Shown here: positions 7,885 through 16,356 of the stretch, piece after piece
Numbering within the stretch: the first letter of the stretch is position 1
Layout: each line of letters opens with the position of its first letter
NCBI GenBank assembly: GCA_905236085.1
Contig: CAJOOD010000015.1
Span: 1-36,895 of the forward strand
DNA length: 36,895 nucleotides
Source of the DNA: an uncultured Bacilli bacterium
GTDB lineage: Bacteria > Bacillota_I > Bacilli_A > RFN20 > CAG-826
Reading direction: 5' to 3'
Notes under the pieces: generated by a model
What the model was told of the DNA's origin: nothing
The model's input: only the letters and a program-made list of their open reading frames with translations
Database searches by the model: none
Program-made: the position numbers and the translations under genes

Positions 7885-10800
7885 ATGGGAAATTTATTTA
7901 AGAGATTATCATCCAATTTATTAGATTTAGGCTTAAGAAATAAATTATTAAATTTCAAAGAGCAAAAGCTTAGATTTATTAAAATAATCGATCCTAATAT
8001 CGATAATATTTTCTCATGGATTACCTCTAATAAAGCTTTATATTTTAAAGTCTCACAATTAGAGATAAATGAAGATCCTAATCATGATTATAGTCAAACT
8101 TATCTAGCAAATTATCATGAGAAATTAAATAAATACGATATCAGCGCCTATAAGAAGCATGAGAAATTATTATATATCTTAAAGAATCTAAAGAAATTTA
8201 ATGATTCTGCTTTATTAGAAAGAGGAATTAATATCTTATATCTCGCTTTAAATTTTATGGTTTGGGAGGATATTGATAATCCAAAAACCCCTCTAAAGTC
8301 CCCTCTTTTATTAATTCCTGTTAATTTATCCTACGATAAGAATCTACAAAAATATTATTTAAGAATGGTCTCAGACGAGGTGATAGTCAACCCAGTTTTA
8401 AAAGCTAAATTACAATTATCATATTCTCTTGATTTACCTGAATATGATAATGATAAAGATGATAATATCTCATATATCAATAAAATTAATCGCATAATTA
8501 AAATGAAAAACTGGAGTCTTTTAAATGAGATATATTTAGGTGTATTCTCATTTGAAAAATTAACCATGTATCAAGACTTAAAAGAAAATGAAAATAAGAT
8601 GGAATCATCTTCTTTAATAAGAGCCTTATATAACGGAGAAAGTGGGATAATATTTAATAATGAATTTAATGGAAAAGATTTCTTTAAAAATTCTTTAGAT
8701 GTTACCTCTTTACACAATGTAGTCGATGCTGATTCATCACAACTAGAAGCTATAGCCAAAGCCAAAAATGGTGATTCTTTTGTCATTCAAGGCCCTCCAG
8801 GAACTGGGAAATCACAAACTATTACTAATATTATTTCTGAGATGATATATCAAGGAAAAAGAGTATTGTTCGTATCAGAAAAACTCGCCGCTTTAAATAT
8901 TGTTTATAGTAATTTAAAAAAAGCCAAATTAGATGACTTTATCATGAAAATTCATAGCGATAAGGAGAATAAAAAGAATTTTGTTTATGAATTATATCGC
9001 TCATATAAAGCTGCGAAATATATTTCTTCAAATAGAGAAAAGAAATTAGAAGCTTTATTAACTAATAAGGAAGAATTAGATAATTATGATAAAGCTATAC
9101 ATAGATATATCCCTAAATTAGAGATGGATGTTTATTCCTTAATATCTAAGATGTATGAATCGAAAATTCATCTTGATAATTATGAAGATAAAAAATTATT
9201 ATCTTTAACTAATAATGATTTAAAGGCGCGTCTTGATGCTTTACATAATTTTGCTAATTATCCCACTAAGGTTAGAGATGATTATTGGAATTATGCATGG
9301 TATGGTTTTAAAGGCGATAAGCATAATACCTTATTTGAAGATAATATCATTATCAAGATTAAGGAATATTATTATTTTGTTAATACTTTAAAATTCTTCA
9401 AAGACAAGATTAATACATTTTTAGATATTGATTTATCTACCTATAATAAAATTGATAAGAGTCTTGAGTTATTAAAAACCATTAAAAAAATGCCATTTAT
9501 AGCTAAGGATATTTACCGCAAGGAAAGGCTCAATTTCTATAAAAAAACCTTAGAAATAATATATTTTCACTTAAAAAGATGCTTAGAAACCAGAGCCCAT
9601 ATCGAAAGCCTTTATTATGATGATATCTATTTATTAGACATCGAAAGATTAAATAATGATTTTCATAATAAATATAAAACTCATTTCCGTTTCTTTAATT
9701 CATCTTATCGCAAAGACATGAAAATGATTAAGATGTCTCTTAGAAACAAAGACAACAAATTAAATTATGAATCCGTGAAAGATTTAATTTCTAAGGTCTA
9801 TTTATTCTTGAGTGATAAATGTGTATTAGATCTAGCTTATCAAGATTTAGATTTCTTAAAAGATAATAATCTCAACTTTGAAAAATACTCCTTAGAGGAG
9901 ATTAAACGTGTATTAGATCTATTAACTGATATATCTAATAATTATGACGCTGATATTAATTATTTAGAAAAATATGATTATTCGCATTATCAAGAATTAA
10001 ATAAATATATTGATATCATACTTAACACTATGAATGATAAAGATAAGCATGAAAGACTTTATAATTATTTTGAAGTGTCAATTATTAATTTCAAAAATGG
10101 CTTAATAGATGAAGTAGTTCCTTATGTTTATAATTTAATCAAACATGAAGGTGAAGTTGATGATTACTCTAGATTCTATTTATACATGCAAGAATTTGAA
10201 AAATTAGGCATCTTAGATTTTTATAAAACTGCGATTAATAACGGAGTCAAGAAAAGTGAATTATTAGATGCTTTTTCCTATATCTTTTATAAGGAACATT
10301 TTAAAAATATCTATCTAACCAGCGCCGATTTGCGGGGTTTTGATGATGATAAACTGAATAATATCCATGAAGCATATAAGAAATTAGATACGGAATTATT
10401 CGATTTAAATCAAAAAGAAATCAAGGCGGAATTGTTTAAAAAAGTCTTAGATAAATCTAATAAAAATGAGGCTTCTAATCGCGCTATAATTAAGGAATTC
10501 TCTTTAATTGAACATGAAGCCAATAAGAAAAGACAGATAAAACCGATTAGAACATTATTTAAAGAAGCTTCTAATGCGATTAGATATATTAAGCCTTGTT
10601 TATTGATGTCACCTTTAAGTGTTGCAACTTATTTAGAATACGACGAGAATTTATTTGATGTTCTCATCTTTGATGAAGCTTCACAAATTTTCCCTTGGGA
10701 CGCTATTGGATCCATTGCAAGAAGCAAACAAATAATTGTCTCTGGCGACTCTAAGCAAATGCCACCATCTAATTTCTTCCAGACATCTAATATTGTTTAT

Positions 10801-12804
10801 GACGATGAATATTTAGACGAGGAAGAAGAAAATATAAATGATTATGAATCGATATTAGATTTAGCCACCGCAGTCTTACCTGATTCATCTTTAAATTGGC
10901 ATTATAGAAGTAGAAATGAATCATTGATCACTTTTTCTAATCATCATTTCTACGATGATAAATTAATCACTTTTCCATCATCTTTAATAAATAATTCCGA
11001 TTTTGGCTTGGATTTTGAATATGTTAGTAACGGAACATTTATAAATAGAATTAATTATGAAGAAGGCTTAAAAGTAGTGGATATGATTTATGAGCATTAT
11101 AAAAATCATCCCGAAAGATCTCTAGGAGTGGTGGCCTTTTCTATTTCCCAACAGCAATTAATCGAGGACTTATTGGACGTAAAAAGGAAGATAGATGATC
11201 GCTATGCTCCATATTTTAATCAGGAAATAAAAGAGCCTTTCTTTATTAAGAATTTAGAAACTGTGCAAGGGGATGAAAGGGATACCATAATATTTTCTAT
11301 TGGCTACGCTAAAGATAATAATGGAATATTAAAACACAATTTCGGTCCATTGAATAGAAAAGGCGGAGAAAGAAGATTAAATGTCGCTATTACAAGAGCG
11401 AAATATAATGTTAAAGTTGTTTCTTCGATTCGTGGGATGGATATAGATTTATCTAAAACAAATTCTTTAGGAGCCTCTTTATTAAAATCATATTTAGAAG
11501 CTGCAGAAAAGGGTGTTAACATTACCTCTAGTATGACTAGAGAAAATAACATAACTTTTGCCTTAGAAGAAGATATTAAAAAATATATTAAATCTTTAAA
11601 TTATGATGTTGATACTAAGGTTGGATATTCTGATTATCGTATCGATTTATGTGTCAAACATCCAAAATACAATAATTATGTTTTAGCTATTGAATGTGAT
11701 GGTGAAAATTATCACAAAAATAAGAATACAAGAGATAGAGAGCGACTAAGAGAAAACATCTTAGGAAGATTAGGATGGAAATATCATCGCATTTATTCCT
11801 TAGATTGGCTTTTAAATAACAATATAGCCAAAGCAAAATTAGTAAGCATCATCAATAGAGCTATCAATGATTATGATGATTTAATCGCTCAAATGAATCC
11901 TGTTAAAGTTATCAGTAATAATGTGGTGAATTATAATGATGGTGATAATCTTTTCTATGACGAATTAACATATAAAGAAAGATATCTTATCGATCAATTA
12001 AATGATGATATTAATAATCTAAATTATCGATTCATTAGATATAATAACACTGATAATTATGGCTATTGTTATGAGCAAGATATCAATAATAAAATAAATG
12101 ATTATTGGTTCTATTTCTCGAAAAATAATGGCGATTTGCTATTTAATTACATATTAAATCCTGGCGCAAATAGGATTAAATATGAAGGAATTAAAGTGGA
12201 TTTAGATGATACAAAGAGCATTTCTTACACCATTAAAAGTTTAATTAAAGATAGATTTGGTTTTAAAATCAATAAGAATAGAATAAGCATTAAAAATACG
12301 AGTGTCTTACCTAATCTATCATTAAAATTGTATGAGAATATAGTTAAGGAAATCAAAGGTATACCATATAACGCCGAATATAAGCAAAACAAGGTTATTA
12401 AGGATGTTGTTAACTATTTGTATGATGACATTATTAATTATGCGATATCTAGAAGATTATTTAAGAGTAAAGATGATTTCTATAAAAACAAAAATACGAA
12501 AATAGTATCTTATAATTTCCATGGAATTATCTTTGATTTTGATAATTTAAACCCCTCAATTGCCAAAACCATATACGACTATTATAAAGCTAACGCTTTG
12601 ATTAACGTGGTGAGACATTATGAGAATATGTTTTCTGAAACCATCATTATCAATCAAAAAGTGGTAATGGAAGATTTTAAAAACCTTATCGCTATTAATG
12701 ATGTTAATTTCTCTAGAGCTTCGGGCATGAATGATAATTTCCAAGATGTTCCTAATTTGCTATTAATCGACAAACTTAAATCATTTATTCCAGTAGAAAA
12801 TTAA
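7885..12804 (+). CDS. DUF4011 / Upf1-like SF1 helicase fused to a Vsr/DUF559-like endonuclease, plus an unassigned ~330-aa C-terminus (Hhe-like)
   Basis: N-terminal LLDLGLRNKLLNF (DUF4011-type). Walker A GPPGTGKS (aa 303-310). LIFDEASQ (aa 927-934), VSGDSKQMPP, WHYRS, TVQGDERDTIIFS, RRLNVAITRAK. Nuclease YRIDL...LAIECDGENYH...RDRERLRENILGRLGW (aa ~1250-1300). Confidence 0.85.
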   Translation: MGNLFKRLSSNLLDLGLRNKLLNFKEQKLRFIKIIDPNIDNIFSWITSNKALYFKVSQLEINEDPNHDYSQTYLANYHEKLNKYDISAYKKHEKLLYILKNLKKFNDSALLERGINILYLALNFMVWEDIDNPKTPLKSPLLLIPVNLSYDKNLQKYYLRMVSDEVIVNPVLKAKLQLSYSLDLPEYDNDKDDNISYINKINRIIKMKNWSLLNEIYLGVFSFEKLTMYQDLKENENKMESSSLIRALYNGESGIIFNNEFNGKDFFKNSLDVTSLHNVVDADSSQLEAIAKAKNGDSFVIQGPPGTGKSQTITNIISEMIYQGKRVLFVSEKLAALNIVYSNLKKAKLDDFIMKIHSDKENKKNFVYELYRSYKAAKYISSNREKKLEALLTNKEELDNYDKAIHRYIPKLEMDVYSLISKMYESKIHLDNYEDKKLLSLTNNDLKARLDALHNFANYPTKVRDDYWNYAWYGFKGDKHNTLFEDNIIIKIKEYYYFVNTLKFFKDKINTFLDIDLSTYNKIDKSLELLKTIKKMPFIAKDIYRKERLNFYKKTLEIIYFHLKRCLETRAHIESLYYDDIYLLDIERLNNDFHNKYKTHFRFFNSSYRKDMKMIKMSLRNKDNKLNYESVKDLISKVYLFLSDKCVLDLAYQDLDFLKDNNLNFEKYSLEEIKRVLDLLTDISNNYDADINYLEKYDYSHYQELNKYIDIILNTMNDKDKHERLYNYFEVSIINFKNGLIDEVVPYVYNLIKHEGEVDDYSRFYLYMQEFEKLGILDFYKTAINNGVKKSELLDAFSYIFYKEHFKNIYLTSADLRGFDDDKLNNIHEAYKKLDTELFDLNQKEIKAELFKKVLDKSNKNEASNRAIIKEFSLIEHEANKKRQIKPIRTLFKEASNAIRYIKPCLLMSPLSVATYLEYDENLFDVLIFDEASQIFPWDAIGSIARSKQIIVSGDSKQMPPSNFFQTSNIVYDDEYLDEEEENINDYESILDLATAVLPDSSLNWHYRSRNESLITFSNHHFYDDKLITFPSSLINNSDFGLDFEYVSNGTFINRINYEEGLKVVDMIYEHYKNHPERSLGVVAFSISQQQLIEDLLDVKRKIDDRYAPYFNQEIKEPFFIKNLETVQGDERDTIIFSIGYAKDNNGILKHNFGPLNRKGGERRLNVAITRAKYNVKVVSSIRGMDIDLSKTNSLGASLLKSYLEAAEKGVNITSSMTRENNITFALEEDIKKYIKSLNYDVDTKVGYSDYRIDLCVKHPKYNNYVLAIECDGENYHKNKNTRDRERLRENILGRLGWKYHRIYSLDWLLNNNIAKAKLVSIINRAINDYDDLIAQMNPVKVISNNVVNYNDGDNLFYDELTYKERYLIDQLNDDINNLNYRFIRYNNTDNYGYCYEQDINNKINDYWFYFSKNNGDLLFNYILNPGANRIKYEGIKVDLDDTKSISYTIKSLIKDRFGFKINKNRISIKNTSVLPNLSLKLYENIVKEIKGIPYNAEYKQNKVIKDVVNYLYDDIINYAISRRLFKSKDDFYKNKNTKIVSYNFHGIIFDFDNLNPSIAKTIYDYYKANALINVVRHYENMFSETIIINQKVVMEDFKNLIAINDVNFSRASGMNDNFQDVPNLLLIDKLKSFIPVEN

Positions 12805-12864
12805 GCATATTACTTTATTAAAAGTAGTCTCTAGGTTATACTATACTAACTTAGGAGGTTAATT

Positions 12865-14202
12865 ATGCTTAACAAAACAAATGTAGAATTAGAAAGATTA
12901 GAAAAACTAAATAAAAAATATCTTAAGGATGATAAAAATACTGTCCTACGTCATGCTTTAAGCAACGCTGCTTATAGCGATGTCTTGCATGTCTTAGAAG
13001 AAGAAAACAATATTGAACAAAAATTCTCTATTGAAAATAAAGTATTACCTATCACCAACCAAAAACAATCAGGAAGATGCTGGATTTTTGCGGCCTTAAA
13101 TGTCTTAAGAGAGATAGTGGCCAAAGAATTAAAATTAACCGATTTTGAATTATCACAAAACTATATTGCTTTTTATGACAAATTAGAAAAAGTTAATTAT
13201 GCGCTTAATAGTGTGATTGAATTAATTGATAAAGAGCACGATGATCGAGAATTGATGTTTGTTCTTCAAACCGGTATTAATGATGGTGGACAATGGGATA
13301 TGTTTACTAACATCGTTAGAAAATATGGCATTGTTCCAAAGCAAGCTTTTAAAGAAACTTGGGCCTCATCTCATACTAGAGAAATTGATTCTTTATTAAA
13401 TTCTGTGGTAAGAAAATTTGCCGCGGACGTCCACAAATTATATGTCGATAATAAGACGGACGAAATCAATAAATTAAAAGACGAAATCATGGATAAAGTT
13501 TATACCTTGATGTGTTCATCTTTTGGGGTTCCTCCAAAGAAATTTAATTTTGATTATGTGGATAAAGACGGAAAATATCACGTTTTAAACAATCAAACTC
13601 CTTTAGGATTCTTTAATAAATTTGTTGGCGATAAGATTAATGATTATGTTTCTATTATTCACGCTCCAACAAAAGATAAAGAATATGGTAAGAGATATAC
13701 CATTCGCTTATTAGGCAATGTTGAAGAAGGACATAAAGTTATTCACCTTAATTTGCCGATGGAAAGAATTAAAGAATTATGTATTAAAACCTTAGAAAAC
13801 GGCGAATTAGTGTGGTTTGGTAGCGATGTAGGTTTCTATGGTAACCGTACCTTAGGTGCTTGGGATGATAAATTATTTGACTACGAATCCGCATTTGGAC
13901 TAGATTTAAAATTCGACAAGGCTGATATGCTAGATTATCATGCTTCCGCGATGAACCACGCTATGGTTATTGTTGGTGTTAATGTTCAAAAAGGCCAAGA
14001 AAATAAATGGAAAATTCAAAATTCTTGGGGTGTTGATTCTGGTGAAAAGGGTTTCTATGTCATGTCTAATAGTTGGTTTGATAGATTTGTTTATCAAGCT
14101 GTCATTGATAAGAAATATCTTTCTAGTGAAGAATTAAAAGCTTTAGAAGCTGAACCAATCGTGGTTCCTCCATGGGATCCAATGGGCACTCTCGCGGATT
14201 AA
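12865..14202 (+). CDS. pepC: Aminopeptidase C (C1B bleomycin-hydrolase family cysteine peptidase)
   Basis: NQKQSGRCWIFAALNVLR active-site Cys context. HAMVIVGV and NSWG motifs. 445 aa. AGGAGG upstream. Confidence 0.9.
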   Translation: MLNKTNVELERLEKLNKKYLKDDKNTVLRHALSNAAYSDVLHVLEEENNIEQKFSIENKVLPITNQKQSGRCWIFAALNVLREIVAKELKLTDFELSQNYIAFYDKLEKVNYALNSVIELIDKEHDDRELMFVLQTGINDGGQWDMFTNIVRKYGIVPKQAFKETWASSHTREIDSLLNSVVRKFAADVHKLYVDNKTDEINKLKDEIMDKVYTLMCSSFGVPPKKFNFDYVDKDGKYHVLNNQTPLGFFNKFVGDKINDYVSIIHAPTKDKEYGKRYTIRLLGNVEEGHKVIHLNLPMERIKELCIKTLENGELVWFGSDVGFYGNRTLGAWDDKLFDYESAFGLDLKFDKADMLDYHASAMNHAMVIVGVNVQKGQENKWKIQNSWGVDSGEKGFYVMSNSWFDRFVYQAVIDKKYLSSEELKALEAEPIVVPPWDPMGTLAD

Positions 14203-14225
14203 TGTTTGCATCGATTATTAAAATA

Positions 14226-14252
14226 AAAATATAGGCTCAGCCTATATTTTTT
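14226..14252. terminator. Bidirectional rho-independent terminator (pepC / TetR gene)
   Basis: 11-bp stem AAAATATAGGC / GCCTATATTTT with loop TCA. T-runs on both strands. The TetR stop codon lies in the loop. Confidence 0.75.
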
Positions 14253-14785
14253 ATTAATGATAATGAATAATCTTTTATTTCATCAAGTGACAATTTAGAT
14301 TTTTTCCCAAAATAATCTAGATATAAAGATGTTATTCCGGAAATTAAGATAATTATATGAGTTTCTTTCTCTTTATTTATATTTGGATTAACAATAGTAA
14401 TCTTATCAACATCTTGATATAAATTCTTTTTAAAACTGGTGTATATGAGATGTGGACTATTTTTAACCACTTTGGAAATAAATTCTTCATTTTTCTTCAT
14501 CTCTTCATTGAAATTTAATAAGAAAGTTTCTAAAGCATTTTCTTCTAATTTAGCGGAATCCCAGATATCCGCTACAGTTTTAATGACATCGTTTTCTATA
14601 TCTTTAGCAACATCCATCACATTATTATAGTGTCGATAAAATGTGGTTCTAGAAACTTTAGATAGCTCTGCTAATTCAGTTATAGATATATCTGTTATTT
14701 TTTCATTATTTGCTAAGAGGCTTAATAAATTTTCTTTTATAGCCAGTTTAGACCTAATCGCTGTTTTGTTTTCTTTTTTGCTCAT
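14237..14785 (-). CDS. TetR/AcrR-family transcriptional regulator
   Basis: N-terminal HTH ISITELAELSKVSRTTFYRHYNNV. 182 aa. Divergent from tldD. Confidence 0.85.
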   Translation of the reverse strand: MSKKENKTAIRSKLAIKENLLSLLANNEKITDISITELAELSKVSRTTFYRHYNNVMDVAKDIENDVIKTVADIWDSAKLEENALETFLLNFNEEMKKNEEFISKVVKNSPHLIYTSFKKNLYQDVDKITIVNPNINKEKETHIIILISGITSLYLDYFGKKSKLSLDEIKDYSLSLIKNIG

Positions 14786-14952
14786 TTTTCTAATCCTTGC
14801 TATTTATTGTAGATAAATGCTCAAAAAGTGCAACAAAAAAAGAATTTCGACTTTTTAAAACTTAAAATTAGTAAGTTCTATACAAATAAAATGCAATTAT
14901 CTTTTTTATTTACACTTTTACATTTATAATATTAAAAAACATAGGAGGTATT

Positions 14953-16356
14953 ATGGGATTTTCTAAATATTTAGATTCTAAAAGAAAACTATTAAAAGAA
15001 TTAGTTTTAGAATTAAGAAAAGAATATAAATACGTATCTATTTTAGGCAGTGATTCTAAATCATTAAGAATATCCGCGGATAAAAGAACTTCTAATATTA
15101 CTGATGGAAGTGATAATGATGTTGGATTTGTTATCAAGATGAGTAATGGTAGAGGCTTCTTTGAATATTCCTTGGATGATATTGATGGTGATATGAAAGC
15201 ACTAGCTAAAAAGATATTAGATTCATTATCAATCAATGATGAATTAAAAGATAAAATGATTGTTTCAAGAGAAATCAAAGATGAAGAATTTAAAAAAGAT
15301 TTCTTGAGAGAAAACGATTTTGATCAATACAGTGCAAAAGATTTATTAAAATCTGTTATTGAAGTTAAAGATCTATTATTAAAAGAAGAACCAAATTTAT
15401 TAAATGCAACAGCGGTAATAATGACACAAAATATCAATAAAATATTTGTTACCGAGCATAAAGAAATGTCTCAGCATTATACATGGGCTAATGGCATAGT
15501 TTTTGTCTATTATTCTGAAGGTGAGAAGATGGTTTCCGCAAGAGATGTCGTCTATTCCAACCAATTAAAGGACATCATCAATGACTTGCCAACTAAGGTA
15601 AAACCCGTAATCGAAAAGGCAAAACATTTAGTCCACGCAAAAGCGATAGTTCCGGGTGTCTATGATGTCATTACTGATTCTAGTATTACCGGCCTTATTG
15701 CTCATGAAGCATTTGGTCATGGATTAGAGATGGACCAATTTGTTAAAGATAGAGCCGTAGCAAAAGATTATATGGGAAAATATGTAGCTTCTAATATAAC
15801 TTCTATGAAAGATGGGGCAGCATCTACTTTCTCTGTGGCTTCTTACTTCTTTGATGATGATGGTGTTTTGGCGCAAGATACTCAACTTATTAAAGATGGT
15901 ATCTTGGTAGGCGGAATGTGTGATTTAGTTTCTGCTTCGCAATTAAATGCTCACGCAACTGGAAATGGAAGAAGACAAGCTCATGACCACAAAGCTTATA
16001 CAAGAATGACCAACACCTTTATTGAAAAAGGAAATGATAAATTAGAAGATATGATTAAATCCATAAAGCATGGATATATGCTGTTTGAGACTAATAATGG
16101 CATGGAAGATCCTAAGAATTGGGCCATACAATGTGTTTGCGAATATGGAATTGAAATTATCGATGGTAAATTAACTGATAATTATGTCTCTCCAGTCGTG
16201 ATGTCAGGCTATGTTCCAGATTTATTAAAGTCGATATCGATGATTTCTGATGATTTTAAGATTATTGGCTCTGGTAGCTGTGGAAAAGGCTATAAGGAAT
16301 GGGTCCATGTTTCCGATGGCGGACCTTGTTTAAAAGCGAGGGTGAAATTATCATGA
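14953..16356 (+). CDS. tldD: TldD-family metalloprotease
   Basis: HEAFGHGLE (HExxxH) and FFDDDGVLAQDTQLIKDG motifs. 467 aa. GGAGG upstream. Confidence 0.85.
   Translation: MGFSKYLDSKRKLLKELVLELRKEYKYVSILGSDSKSLRISADKRTSNITDGSDNDVGFVIKMSNGRGFFEYSLDDIDGDMKALAKKILDSLSINDELKDKMIVSREIKDEEFKKDFLRENDFDQYSAKDLLKSVIEVKDLLLKEEPNLLNATAVIMTQNINKIFVTEHKEMSQHYTWANGIVFVYYSEGEKMVSARDVVYSNQLKDIINDLPTKVKPVIEKAKHLVHAKAIVPGVYDVITDSSITGLIAHEAFGHGLEMDQFVKDRAVAKDYMGKYVASNITSMKDGAASTFSVASYFFDDDGVLAQDTQLIKDGILVGGMCDLVSASQLNAHATGNGRRQAHDHKAYTRMTNTFIEKGNDKLEDMIKSIKHGYMLFETNNGMEDPKNWAIQCVCEYGIEIIDGKLTDNYVSPVVMSGYVPDLLKSISMISDDFKIIGSGSCGKGYKEWVHVSDGGPCLKARVKLS

Noticed and set aside
3564-12864. The island as a mobile element or prophage fragment
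   Set aside because: There is no integrase, transposase, recombinase, tRNA attachment site, flanking direct repeat or terminal inverted repeat at either boundary. Only the compositional shift supports foreign origin.
12805-12864. Hairpin TACTTT-atta-AAAGTA after the helicase gene as the island terminator
   Set aside because: It is a 6-bp all-weak stem with no following T-run, so I did not annotate it. Read-through into pepC cannot be excluded.
14802-14818. ATTTAT-tgtag-ATAAAT inverted repeat as the TetR operator
   Set aside because: A 6-bp all-A/T inverted repeat in a very AT-rich intergenic region is expected by chance. I could not define an associated promoter with proper -35/-10 spacing.
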